Below are positions 49,766 through 63,400 of a stretch of DNA of 64,000 nucleotides, one piece after another. The DNA comes from Octopus sinensis (Eukaryota). The notes below the pieces were generated by a model that searched no databases, had not been told where the DNA came from, and was given only the letters and a program-made list of their open reading frames with translations. The position numbers were made by a program, and so were the translations under genes. The first letter of the stretch is position 1. Each line of letters starts with the position of its first letter. The stretch lies in assembly GCF_006345805.1 (NCBI RefSeq), contig NC_043021.1:5766001-5830000 (forward strand), in the 5' to 3' direction.

Positions 49766-50580
49766 TCACACGATGGGTTCCTTTCAGTTTCTGTCTACCA
49801 AGTCCACTCACAAGGCTTTAGTCACCTCAAGGCTATAATAGAAGATACCCTAGCTGCCGTGCAGTGGGACTGAACCCAGAACCATGTGGTTGGGAAGCAA
49901 GCTTCTAAACATAGCCACGCTTGGGGATGCATTTTGAAACTTATGAAATGCTTTCAAAATGTCCTTATTTGGTTTGAATTCAATATTTACAAATTATATA
50001 TCTACCTATATACACACGTTTCAATATTTTACTTTTATACACACACACATCGTATTTACTGGGGTACAATGCCATCTTATAAACTGTGCAATCCTCACTT
50101 TTACACCTTAATATCAGTAATATTTTTTGTTTGACACTCGGGTAAAATGCTACCCCTCCGTTTTGTACTATATTTCTCGCCTCACACAAAAGTAAATATG
50201 TTATCTATTTACCAAAATGATTTGTGTTGACAAAATCGTTAGAACATTACTGAGATATTTTGTGTTATTATTGCTCTTAGTGGATTGATTTCGAATCTTG
50301 CTGAGACCAACTTAACATTTCATCCACTCCAGAAGCAATTTAATCGTCTATATCCCTTCCTTTACAAATGTGTTGTACCTACGATTCATTAACGATCCTT
50401 TATCCTTCCATCGTTAATTTAAAAAAAAAAATAAGGTACTTAATAAAGTACCAAGGTCTGTTTAGAACGACACTACTTGTTTCTTTTAGAACACTTGACT
50501 ATTAGAAATCGCGTAAAAATTTATAATAGCAATAGATTTAGTTTTAAAATATTAGTGGTAAAAAAAAAGAAGTTTCTTAC

Positions 50581-50689
50581 CTAAGAATTTGACGATGTAT
50601 CGACTGGCATGAAGAAGTTGGACAACTTCTATGTGGCCTTGGTCAGTAATTGCAGGGAATAAATACGTGGAATCACCGAAAAATGTCAT
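50581..50689 (-). CDS. GLTP: Glycolipid transfer protein-like, coding exon 1 (MTFFGDSTYLFPAITDQGHIEVVQLLHASRYIVKFL)
   Basis: ATG at 50689; 109 nt; donor TTAG|GTAAGA; phase 1 joins exon 2. TFF start resembles the FAPP2/invertebrate GLTP-domain N-terminus. Confidence 0.85.
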
Positions 50690-50778
50690 TCTGGCAATGA
50701 AGAACTGTCGTTATATTAAGTCATATGTGTATATTCACACCTATATATATATGTATAAACCTCCTCTCCTTCTCTCTA

Positions 50779-50818
<40 letters not shown>

Positions 50819-52200
50819 TACGGTATATTACTGGTTATGGCATGTAACTGGTCAGAATGTTATACACACCCCGTGATTTTTCGTCCTAATAATTAATCTT
50901 CCGGTTTTTGCCTTCTTTGAAATATGTTTTTCGGGTTGTTAACCACAACAAACATGGGCGGTCTGGGTTTTTGTCTACCTTTTCTATATATTTCCAGAGT
51001 TCTTTGCCGGTTTGTGGCTGTGTTTCTTAGTTTTACTGGAGTTCTGATTCAGCACAGAAATCTGTTTCGTTGTAGCCTTGAAGTTTTTTTTGGTGTCTAT
51101 TCTTTATTCTGTACTTTTCTCGCCTCGTCCATCTGATTCAGCTGTTAACCAATGCGGTAGACAACTGCCTGTGAAAGCATAATAGATAAAAGAATGTAAA
51201 GTAGTTATATATATACATATATCAAATGAGAAATAGGCTATACAACGTACTACTACTACTATCTATTAAGAAAAAGAGAACTCGGTACTTCTATTGATAA
51301 AAAGTTTAGTGGGATTTGGCACCTCACAAGTGACCACTTATTCATCCCAGATGGGAATCTTCGGGCGATAATCTCTATATATAATTATATATATAAATAA
51401 ATTAAGCACTAAGCTAATACATTTGTTAAAACTTGTCCCTCACGAGTAGTCTTCTTTGCTTATTGCCGCGTGTGCATATATATATATGTATATATAAAGA
51501 TAGGGTGTGTATAATGAGCCCTCGTTAAAGTCGTGGGCCAGTCCGTTTTATGGGTTGTATAAAGAACTTACTCCAGCTGTGTTCTTCCTTATTTTTTTTT
51601 TAAAGATGAAGTATGCATTTTAAGGAAATGTGGCTGCTATTTCTAACATGTCGAGTGACAAGCAGACATCTACGTATATGAAATTCTACACGCTTATATT
51701 ATACAAAAAGTAACTGTTGGAGTATATTAAGGTAGCCGGGTGTAAACATGTCAGAACATTGTAGATAGGGTGAGCATGTATGTGTGAAAAACAGGCGGAT
51801 AGATAAACAGATAGGTAGGTAGCCAAAGATAGTTAATAAAACAATTAGACAGATACAAATAATTAGGCAGACATAGAGAGATGTTTACTTAATGCTTCCT
51901 TAATATTTTGCCAACCTGTTTTACAAAGTATTCCTGCAGGGGTTTGGTGTCTGACGGGGCAGCACTATATCACATGAAACATTACCTGGATATATTGGAT
52001 GCTTTAACCTACGTTTGAAAACAAAGGATGATGTTCTACAGAAGTAATAATAATAATACGGAATAACGTAAACGAGAGTTGGGGGAATACCTCTTTTGTG
52101 AAAGAATGGGTTGTAAAAAAAATGGGTGGTGCCGGTTCGTATGGTAATAAAAGGGTTAAAAGGAGGAAGAGGGGGGAAAAGTGAAAGAAAGGGAGATAGA

Positions 52201-53586
52201 GTAAGATAACAATGGGAGAAAAAGAGAGAGAGAGAGAGAAAGTAAAGTTATACAGTTAAGGAGTGAGGGAAGAGTAAGAGGCATTTAGATATACCAATAT
52301 AATAAGGATGGGTAGGAAGCAGAGATATAGTAAGATAACAATGGGAGAAAAAGAGAGAGAGAGAGAGAAAGTAAAGTTATACAGTTAAGGAGTGAGGGAA
52401 GAGTAAGAGGCATTTAGATATACCAATATAATAAGGATGGGTAGGAAGCAGAGATATAGTAAGATAACAATGGGAGAAAAAGAGAGAGAGAGAGAGAAAG
52501 TAAAGTTATACAGTTAAGGAGTGAGGGAAGAGTAAGAGGCATTTAGATATACCAATATAATAAGGATGGGTAGGAAGCAGAGATATAGTAAGATAACAAT
52601 GGGAGAAAAAGAGAGAGAGAGAGAGAAAGTAAAGTTATACAGTTAAGGAGTGAGGGAAGAGTAAGAGGCATTTAGATATACCAATATAATAAGGATGGGT
52701 AGGAAGCAGAGATATAGTAAGATAACAATGGGAGAAAAAGAGAGAGAGAGAAAGTAAACTTATACAGTTAAGGAGTGAGGGAAGAGTAAGAGGCATTTAG
52801 ATATACCAATATAATAAGGATGGGTGGGAAGCAGAGATATAGTAAGATAACAATGGGAGAAAAAGAGAGAGAGAGAAAGTAAAGTTATACAGTTAAGGAG
52901 TGAGGGAGAGTAAGAGGCATTTAGAGATATACCAATATAATAAGGATGGGTAGGAAGCAGAGATATAGTAAGATAACAATGGGAGAAAAAGAGAGAGAGA
53001 GAAAGTAAACTTATACAGTTAAGGAGTGAGGGAAGAGTAAGAGGCATTTAGATATACCAATATAATAAGGATGGGTGGGAAGCAGAGATATATAAGATAA
53101 CAATGGGAGAAAAAGAGAGAGAAGTAAACTTATACAGTTAAGGAGTGGGGGAAGAGTAAGAGAGCATTTAGATATACCAATATAATAAGGATGGGTAGGA
53201 AGCAGAGATATAGTAAGATAACAATGGGAGAAAAAGAGAGAGAGAGAAAGTAAACTTATACAGTTAAGGAGTGAGGGAAGAGTAAGAGGCATTTAGATAT
53301 ACCAATATAATAAGGATGGGTGGGAAGCAGAGATATAGTAAGATAACAATGGGAGAAAAAGAGAGAGAGAGAAAGTAAACTTATACAGTTAAGGAGTGAG
53401 GGAAGAGTAAGAGGCATTTAGATATACCAATATAATAAGGATGGGTGGGAAGCAGAGATATAGTAAGATAACAATGGGAGAAAAAGAGAGAGAGAGAAAG
53501 TAAACTTATACAGTTAAGGAGTGGGGGAAGAGTAAGAGGCATTTAGATATACCAATATAATAAGGATGGGTGGGAAGCAGAGATAG
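52201..53586. repeat. Purine-rich 120-129 bp tandem satellite, 11 units
   Basis: Unit starts at 52201, 52330, 52459, 52588, 52717, 52842, 52968, about 53093, 53213, 53338, 53463. Confidence 0.95.
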
Positions 53587-54911
53587 AAGCAAAGGGAATA
53601 AGGGAGTAGGAGGAGAAATGGAACTATGAATAGGGACAGTGGGAGAAGAGAGTAGCTATAATGCTTCAATAGACGAGATAAGAAGAATGGAATATATATT
53701 GGGGGACTTTACAGCCTCTAAAGTTACATACGTACAAGAAGGGGCTGGAATAAACAGGTTTTGCAACATTTGTTTCAGTGTAGTGTGGTGGTAACAGCCG
53801 CAAGTTGCTGAGTTTTTTCCGTCTCATACTAATTTATCTGGTTACCATTTTACTTGATTCAGTCATTAATTAGACTACGGTCGGTCGGTCGGTCATGCTG
53901 GGGCAACGCCTTGATAAATTTTTTAAGTCGAATGAATCGATTCCTAGTACTAATTTTATTATTTTTTTTAAAGACTGGTACTTATTTTATTTATTGTTCT
54001 TTTTTTCGCCGGACCGCTATGTTACGGGGACGTAAATAAACCAACACCGGTTGCCAAGCGGTGATGGGGACAAAAACACACACACGCATATATTGATTAC
54101 GGGCTTCTTTTAGTTTCCGTCTACGAAATCCACTGACAAGGTGTCATGCAGTGGAACTGAACCTGTAACCATGCAGTTGGGCTGAAAGCTTCTTACCACA
54201 CAGCCAATGACTGCGTGTATTGCATAAACTGTTTCATAAATAATTACATAAATAGATATTATCCAGCACCAGCTGTGTGCCAATTCTTCATCAGGTTGCT
54301 TACTTTTCAAAGCACTGAATAAATTAATAAATAAATTCATATATTGTTATATTTTGGGATGGTCGTTTTTTTTTTTTTTGCTAGTCAAATAAACACACGT
54401 TCTTAACTCGTTTTTTTGATTTTTTGTTCTTATTTTATCTTAAGTCCATCGTCTGGAAATCTTTCGTCACACACCTGTAACCTCCTCAGCAACTCTTCCA
54501 TCCCACGTGTCTCCTTCTGTTCAGTTTAGTCCATTCTGTCTTTCTGTGATGTATATCCTTATCTGCATTTGTGTCTGTATCTGTGTGTGTGTGTGTGTGT
54601 GTGTGTGTGCACGCATGCATGCATGTGTATGTATGCATGTCTATGTTTCATTTAAAAGTATCCTTCAATCACTGGGCAATATGCTGTGCTTGAAAAGACC
54701 TGTTGAGTCAAGTGAAATTGTTGTCGTGGCCAATGACTGTGCCATATGATTGGCACCTGTGCTGGTGGTACCATTTGAATTGACTTATGTCCATGCTGCT
54801 TGACTAGCTCCCATGCCGTCAGCATGTAAAAAGCACTATTCGAGTGTGGTCATTGCCAGTACCACCTGATTAACTCCTGTGCGGGTAACACATAAAAACC
54901 ACCCACTACAC

Positions 54912-55113
54912 CAGTGGTTTTCAACCTGGGTTCCACCAGTACAGTCCAGGGGTTCCGCAAGAAGTTACAAAACTGCTAAAATCGGCAGTAATTTTTAATT
55001 CTCCTGTGCAGATATGTGTGCATAAGACTATTAAATTATTGCACAGGGGTTTCCTCGAGCCAGTGGAATGTTTCCTCGGGGTTCCGCTCCAGCAAAAAGG
55101 TTGAAAAGCACTG
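54912..55113. mobile_element. 202-bp hAT MITE inside a family D copy
   Basis: TIR cagtggttttcaacc / ggttgaaaagcactg; perfect 8-bp TSD cactacac. Confidence 0.88.
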
Positions 55114-56979
55114 CACTACACTCTCAGAGTGGTTGGTGTTAGGAAGGGCATCCAGCTCTATAGAAACCTCACCAGAACTGATTGGAGCCTGGCGCAGCCT
55201 TCTGGCTTGCCAGTCCTCAGTCAAACCGTCCAACCCATGCTAGTATGGAAAGCAGATGTTAAGTGATGATGATAGTGATGATGATGATGATGATGTTAAT
55301 TTGTTTATTTACTATGTTTAACAACAATTTCGACCAAGCAGAATTATTAGGACATCGGATAAAATGCCTTGCGGTATTTGTCCTATAGGCGACGAGCTGG
55401 CAGAAACGTTAGCACGCCGGGTGAAATGCGTAGCTGTATTTCGCCTACCGTTACCTTCTGAGTTCAAATTCCGCCGAGGTCGACTTTGCCTTTCATCCTT
55501 TCGTGGTCGATTAAATAAGTACCAGTTACGCACTGAGGTCAATATAATCGACTTAATCCATTTGTCTGTCCTCTCTGTGTTTAGCCCCTTGTGGGTAGTA
55601 AAGAAATAGGTATTTCGCCTGCCGTTACGTTGTGAGTTCAAATTCCGCCGAGGTCGACTTTGCCTTTCATCCTTTCGGGGTCGATAAATTAAGTACCAGT
55701 TAATCCATTTGTCTGTCCTCTCTGTGTTTAGCCTCTTGTGGGTAGTAAAGAAATAGGTATTTGTCTTGACTCTTTACATTCTGAGTTCAAACTCTGTCGC
55801 GGTCATCTTTGCATATCATCCTCTCAGGGTTAATAAAGTAAAGTCTCATCCATGTTCTGGGGGTCGAAAATTGTCGTTGGCTTCAATTTTCGACTCAACT
55901 AAACAACATTAACACGTCCGTAATCAAGTGATTCGTCTGAGTTCCTCGGCGGTCACTATTTGACAATAATGTCTGGAGTTGAATATAATGTCGACTGTTG
56001 CTAACCAACTCAAACATTAATTTACGTGTTTTTGAACAAATAATTTCTGAAGTTACGTCAACAGTTTATTTTTTAAATTTGACAGAAATTTTAGAAAGAA
56101 CGATCGCAAAACACGATTCTAGGTAAGTTACAAAAAGGATATTAATATATTTTAATATTATTCCTCGAAGATTTCATACTGATTTCAAATTTTGGCGGAA
56201 GGTCAGTAATTTCGGGGGGAGGGAGCAAATCGCCTTACAACGACCTCAGTATGCAACTGGTACTTATTTTATTGACTTCGAAAGGATGAAAGGCAAAGTT
56301 GACTTCGGCGGAATTTGACGGAATCAGACGTAAAGACGGACGAAATGTCGCTCAGCATTTTGTCCGGCCGCTTTAAACTCCAAGTTTTCATATTAAAAAT
56401 AAAAAAAAAACAAACAAAAAGTATGTTAAGATAACGGCAGCTATAAATTATATTGTTACAGAAATTTGTTCAAACTGGTGATGGTTTGAGGCTGACATTC
56501 AGTTATTAAACTTGTTTAACTTCGAGCCAACGTTGATTATCCCCAGCTACGATCATCCCGTATTATAAGGTTGTCCCAAAAGTTCGTAGAAAATCTTGGA
56601 AAATAATGGTCTTTATTTTGAGGAATAATTTTTGTTGTTTTTGTTAGTACTTGGCGAATAAAAATTCAATTTTCGCAAGTGTTTACGAACTTTTGGGACA
56701 ACCTAATATTACATGTATCTTGGACAACATTATTAACCTATCCTTTCCTTATTTAAGGGAGTTGGGAGTGAGTTGAGACATTCAGCTGGTATTTTTGGAA
56801 CCTCCGATTCTTCAAAACATTCGATCCAAAGCTTGAACGATGTTGCCAATTCACTGCCTTAGTACCATAGAATATATATCTCATTTTATGGTACCACCTT
56901 CAACTTATTTCTCAACTCAGAGTCAGAAATAGCAAATGAGGTAATTTCCCCAGGGCACTAAAATCTGGAGGTTTGCTGG

Positions 56980-57220
56980 CTTGAACCCTTGACTCCCTAT
57001 AAAGTACAGACCATTGATGGATGACATTTCTCCACCATTCTCAACTCTTGGCTGTCTTTTCTACTTCTCTCCAGTTGGAACCTTGATTTTTCACCTCCGC
57101 TATTCTTAGGGCACCCTCTCCAATTCCCTTGTGGATTCCTTGTAATATTTTTTTCCTGGGGTGAAGGCCTTCCTCTCCCAGGTCTTGCTGGTTTTGAACT
57201 GTCATCAATGCTTCTATAAC
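56980..57220 (-). mobile_element. Degenerate RTE 3' fragment
   Basis: GRP..NWREVEKTAKS*EWWRNVI pattern typical of RTE ORF ends. Confidence 0.5.
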
Positions 57221-57747
57221 TTTGCTTTCTACCAGGTAGGGGTATTGACCTTACGTAAACCTAATTTTACCTCTGCGAAGAGGTGGTTCATATAAGAAGA
57301 GATGGAGAAAGACAAGAGATTAAAAGTATGAGAGAAGGGGCCAGAATAGCTGGTCATAATTAGGAATCCCTTAATCATAGCTCTGATGGATAAGGGTTCA
57401 AGTGGGGCTGTTAAAAAAAAAATTTAAACCTCTCATCACACTGATATTTGTGGAAAATTAGATGAGTGTGGCAAGCATGGTCTGAGTGAACAACCCCACT
57501 CTGAGCATTTGCCTGTGGGTGGGAGAAGGACAACTGAGAGAGGGCACTTGCGTTGGTGGTCAGAGTGACTGTGATTTTTGAGGGGGTTTCCACAAATAAT
57601 CCTCAATGGTCTCCTTTTAGAAAATTTTTCTTTGTTTCAATTATATTTTTATGTTTTGTTATTTTTCTTGCTTACATGTTTTTTTTTTATGCAATCCCAC
57701 AATACATCATCCTACACAAGGCTCAATATTTTTGTTAATGCTTCTGA

Positions 57748-57796
<49 letters not shown>

Positions 57797-57856
57797 TATT
57801 ATTATCATTATTATTATATTATTATTATTATCATTATTATTATTATTATTATTATT

Positions 57857-58303
57857 GAGTGAGAGAGCAGTTCATGCTATCAAAGTGACACTGGGGTAAA
57901 ATATACGAAGCCCAATATACCCATCATGACTACCCGTCTGATAAGGGTACACCAGGCACATGCATCACAACCATATGTGCACGACATGGTGATCTCATAT
58001 CAATATAAACAGCACATGACCTTGCAGGTGGGGCCCAGTTAGAATTTTCTTCAGGTTGAGTAGCCCATCCCGCTCAAAAGGTCCCTGAATGAGGGTTGTT
58101 TAAGGATGTTGAAAGAACCACCCATGTTTCCAGAGGTGAATTATTCAAACCCCAAAGAATCCCTCTCAACACATGGCTATGATGCTCCCCCACTACTTCT
58201 GCTCGTGATCAGAGATGCACATATCGTCAGCCACTAAGGGACATGCTCAACTGGTTACGGTCTAGCAACTGACAAGCAAATCTGTAGTATTGAGCAGAAT
58301 ATT
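57857..58303. repeat. Unclassified about 450-bp element embedded in (ATT)n
   Basis: GC-richer block with sharp (ATT)n borders on both sides; no ORF or TIR seen. Confidence 0.5.
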
Positions 58304-58548
58304 TATTATTATTATTGTTATTATTATTATTATTATGGTGAGTAGGTAGGTAGAATCAATAGTGAGTCGAATGAAATGCTTAGCAGTATTTCTCCCAGTT
58401 CTTTACATTCTGGGTCCAAATTTGAGCTAAACTTTGCTTTTCCTCCTTTCAGGGTCAATAAAATAAAGTACCAGTTGAGCACTGGGGTCGATGTAATCAA
58501 CTTATCCCTTCCCTTAAAATTGCTGGCCTTGTGCCTACAGTAGGAAAG

Positions 58549-58583
<35 letters not shown>

Positions 58584-58591
58584 CATTATTA

Positions 58592-58668
<77 letters not shown>

Positions 58669-61600
58669 CACCTTGCTCACTCTCACTTGATCTTCTGTAG
58701 TGTAAGTAGCCTGGTAGTTCTACAAGGGAAAACTAATCTGGCCCCTTCTCTCATACTTTTAATCTCTTGTCTTTCTTCCTCTCTTCTTCCATCTCTCCTG
58801 AGGAAATCTTAGTGTTGCAAGCTGCATGGTGACCCCATCAGTGCTGGTGTCACAAAATAAGAAGCACCCTGTACATGCTGTAGAGGGTGGAAGATAACGA
58901 TAAATGTTGCCCTTTTCAAGCCTAGCCAGGCTCATGGGCTCGGTTTCCCGGTTTCTGTGGTGTATGTGCTCCCCCCAGCTGGACAGGGTGCCAGTTCATC
59001 GCAGCATTACTCAAGAAACAGGAAGAGAGAGTGAGAGAAAGATGTGGCGAAAGAGTAGAACAGGGGTCGCCACTAACCCCTGCCGGAGCCTCGTGGAGCT
59101 TTTTTAGTTTTTTTTCAGTCAATAAACACACACAACGCCCGGTCTGGGAATCGAAACCGCGATCCTACAATCGCAAGTCTGCTGCCCTAACCACTAGGCC
59201 ATTGCGCCTCCACAAAGGGTGGAAGAGCATCTAGTTAAAAAAATGTACAATGCTAAGGCAGTATGATGCAGTCTTTGGAGGCTACTAGATCATGTCAGAC
59301 CCTCCAGTCCATTCCAGCTTGGAACATGAGCATTCAGTAATCCTTTCTACTATGGGCACAAAGTTTGAAATTTCGGAGGAGGAAGTAAGTTGATTACATT
59401 GACCCCAGTACTCAACTGGTACTTATTTTATTGACCCGTGAAAGGATGAAAGGTAAAGTTGACCTCGACAGAATTTGAACTCAGAATGTGAAGACAGACA
59501 ACATGCTGCCTTAATGGACGCCTTAATAATGATGAAGCGCAAGGTCACAAATTTGGCAGGAAGGGGACAGTCAGTTATACTGACTGGTGTTTTATTTTGT
59601 TGACCCTGGAAGGGTGAAAGCAAATTTGGAGCTAGTTGGATTTGAAATCAAAACATAGAGAGCCTTGATTTAAATACTGCAAGGAATTTTGCATCATGTT
59701 TAAGGTTTATTAATTTTGGCATGACAAAAAATGTTCAGGGAGAACATGGTTGATGGAATTGACTGATGCTATGAACCTAAACTAAGCGTGCAGCTTTAGA
59801 TTGAAGAACAACACTTGGTGAGAACTTGCGTTCCTGCTTGTCAGGGTAATCCTAGATCTTGTGGTAGTTCCTTGATTGGCTCTAGTTGGAGGTTCTCTTC
59901 CCTCAAGTAGAATGGGGTCACATATTTGGTATACTTTATGTACTTTATGCTTCGTTTCCCTCTCTTTCTCCCCCCCCCCTCATCTTTTATTTAACCCCTC
60001 CCCCACGCATGCACAAATTGCATACTGTCTTTGTAGTGTCACCCTCATCTGATATCCCTGCTGTAAATAAAAGAAATAATCATCATCATTATCACCACCA
60101 CCACTACCACCACCATCCTCCTCCTCATCATCACCATTATCATCAATGATAATAATAATAATAATGGGATTTTGTGGGTCGAAATGATCAAAAAGCAACA
60201 AAATATATGAAATTGTAGGACAGATGTTTCAATGGTTGCTAAAACACAAATATATGTTGGATGTATTGTTCTAAAATATGGGGCAGAGCAGCTGACCGCA
60301 CAAGTTCTATAAATAAAAACAAAGTGTATATAGGCACCTAGGCAAACACATTACATCTGACACAAAAGCCATGCTAGCTAATAGATATAGAAATAAGACA
60401 ATTTTTCTTTCTAAATAATAGTTTTCAAACCCACTGAATCGGCACAGAAGTTAGTGCTAGTGTATTTAATACAGGGAACATTAGCTAAAAATAATTGTTG
60501 ATAGATAGACAAGTAAGATAGATAAGTAAGGTAGATAAGTAAGATAGATAGGTAAGCTAGAGAGATAAGATTGATAAATAGATGGATGGATAAAGAGTTA
60601 GGCAGGCAGTCAGTGGTTAGCCAACTAAATTGATTCTAGTACTTCACTTGTATTTTACTTTATTGGTCCTTCTGGCTTGCCAGCCCTCAGTCAAACCTAT
60701 TTCTTTACTACCCACAAGGGGCTAAACACAGAGAGGACAAACAAGGACAGACAAAGGGATTAAGTCGATTACATCGACCCCAGTGCGTAACTGGTACTTA
60801 TTTAATCGACCCCGAAAGGATGAAAGGCAAAGTCGACCTCGGCGGAATTTGAACTCAGAACGTAACAGCAGACGAAATACTGCTGAGCATTTCGCCCGGC
60901 GTGCTAACGATTCTGCCAGCTCGCCGCCTTAGCCCTCAGTCAAACCATCCAACCCATGCCAGCATGGAAAGCGGATGTTAAACGATGATGATGATGATGG
61001 TGAGAATATCTGAAATAAACTCGACTGCTCTCGCAGGCAAGAATACTAAAAATTAAACCCGAGTTCTCTGAAAAATTAAATGAAAAAACTGGAAAAATAA
61101 TCCAGAATCCTTATCTGGTACCTGATCGATCCCAATGGTAGTCATGGAATGTGAAGGTGGGTGTGTGGGCCATGTTTGTAATGCTGTGTGTGTGTGTGTG
61201 TGTCGTCTGCAGTGGGAATAGGGACAGTTTTCTCTATGAAGGCTTTTTTGTAGTCTATCCACTGACATAGTGTCTTTACGACCATTAAGGTCTATAGTGA
61301 AAAATTTACCTGTGTGTGAAAGAAGATGGAAAGGACCTGCATACGGTGCTGTTAACAGAAGTTTAACAACCTCTAAGCATTTTGTTCAGTGTGCAAATGA
61401 TTTTGCCAGCTTGCTGCCTTATTAATAGTGATGATAATAATAATAATAATAATAATAATAATATAATAATAATAATGGTTTCAAATTTTAGCACAGGGCC
61501 AGCTGTTTTTGAGGGTTGGGGGAAATCAGATACATTGACACCGGTTCTTGCCTTGGACTTTATTTTTATTGGCCCCAAAAGGATGAAAGGCAAAGTTGAC

Positions 61601-61917
61601 TTCAGCAGAATTTGAACTCAGAATGCAAAGACTGGTGAAATGTTGCTAAGCATTTTACCCAGTGTGCTAATGATTCTGCCAGCTCACCGTCTTAATAATA
61701 ATGATAATTGTTTCTACTATAGGCACAAGGCCTGAAATTTGAGGAGAAGGGTTAGTAGATTACATCAACCCCAGTGTTTAACTGGTGCTTATTTTATCGA
61801 CCCCGAAAGGATGAAAGGCAAAGTTGACATCTGCAGAATTTGAACTCAGAACATAAATATGAAAGACCACTCAGTAGTTTGTCCATTGTGCTAATGATTT
61901 CACCAGATCACTGCCTA

Positions 61918-61973
<56 letters not shown>

Positions 61974-63220
61974 TGATGTTGATGATGTTAATCTGATAAC
62001 ATTGTAGGAAGATATTTGATAATATATGTGTGCAAACCATTCAATACCATTTTTTTTTCTCCAGTATCGGTTAAAAAAAAAAGAAACCCCTTGTGTCTGT
62101 TTTTTACTTTTCTCAGTTGGTGTCATTCCAATTTAACCCATTAAACTAGTCAATCAACCATGGCACTGCCTACACTGTCTAGCCGCTCATGGCCTGCCCT
62201 ACAGAACATCTATATGCACACGTGGAATCAACGAAGATGTCGAGATGAAGATATGAGGCAAAGCTGTTTAAAGACAGACCGTTTTTTCCAGACAGGAAGG
62301 TTAAAAGCTGAAAAAATACAAAAGTGGACTTCTGATAAGTATTACCGTAAAAGGTAGAATTATCTGTTTGCAAAAAAAACTAAATGCTTGACTAACAAAA
62401 ACCTTCCCCAACCACCCATTCCTCCATGCCCTCACACATCCATCAACACACTAACCCTTTTCTTTTATTTTCATTTCTTATTCTTGGTTTTTAAAAATTC
62501 TTTTTTAAAGAATGCATGGAATTCCTCATGGGACAGTGGGGATGGAAGCACTCTGTCGGTTACGACGACGAGGGTTCCAGTTGATCCGAATCAACGGAAC
62601 AGCCTGCTTGTGAAATTAATGTGTAAGTGGCTGAGCACTCCACAAACATGTGTACCCTTAACATAGTTCTCGGGGATATTCAGTGTGACACAGAGAGTGA
62701 CAAGGCCGGCCCTTTCAAATACAGGTACAACAGAAACAGGAAGTAAGAGAGAGAGAAAGTTGTGGTGAAAGAGTACAGCAGGGATCACCACCATCCCCTG
62801 CCGGAGCCTCGTGAAGCTTTAGATGTTTTCGCTCAATAAACACTCACAATGCCCAGTCTGGGAATCGAAACCGCGATCCTATGACCGCGAGTCCGCTGCC
62901 CTAACCACTGGGCCATTGCGCCTCCACATTGGACAGTAATGTAACTTCTAAATGCAAAATTTCTGGCTTATGTAAATAAGGCTTTGGATTGAATGCTGGG
63001 AATTAGTTAGACATTGCATATAACTAACATTTGCTTCCATAGGGGCAGTGGTTGTTTATCTCCTTTCATAGCTCAGTGCCCCATTTCACTGTACGGCATT
63101 TTAAAAATGCCCCCTCCACCACTGCTCTCCTGCCCTTCCCCAAATAATTTTGCTGAAACTCAAAATTTAATTTTGAGCATTGGCTTCAGTTATGTTTCTG
63201 TTCTGTTAATAACACAATGT

Positions 63221-63400
63221 CTTATATTCTTATATTCTAGTCTTATATTCTAATCTTATATTCTAATCTTATATTCTAATCTTATATTCTAATTTTATAT
63301 TCTTATATTCTAGTCTTATATTCTAATCTTATATTCTAATCTTATATTCTAATATTCTAGTCTTATATTCTAATCTTATATTCTAGTCTTATATTCTAAT
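63221..63400. repeat. 13-bp minisatellite (cttatattctaat/agt)
   Basis: About 13 units directly visible. Confidence 0.9.

Noticed and set aside
62160-62357. Coding-like block (AAHGLPYRTSIC..)
   Set aside because: Stops in the protein-like frame and no family recognised; not supportable.
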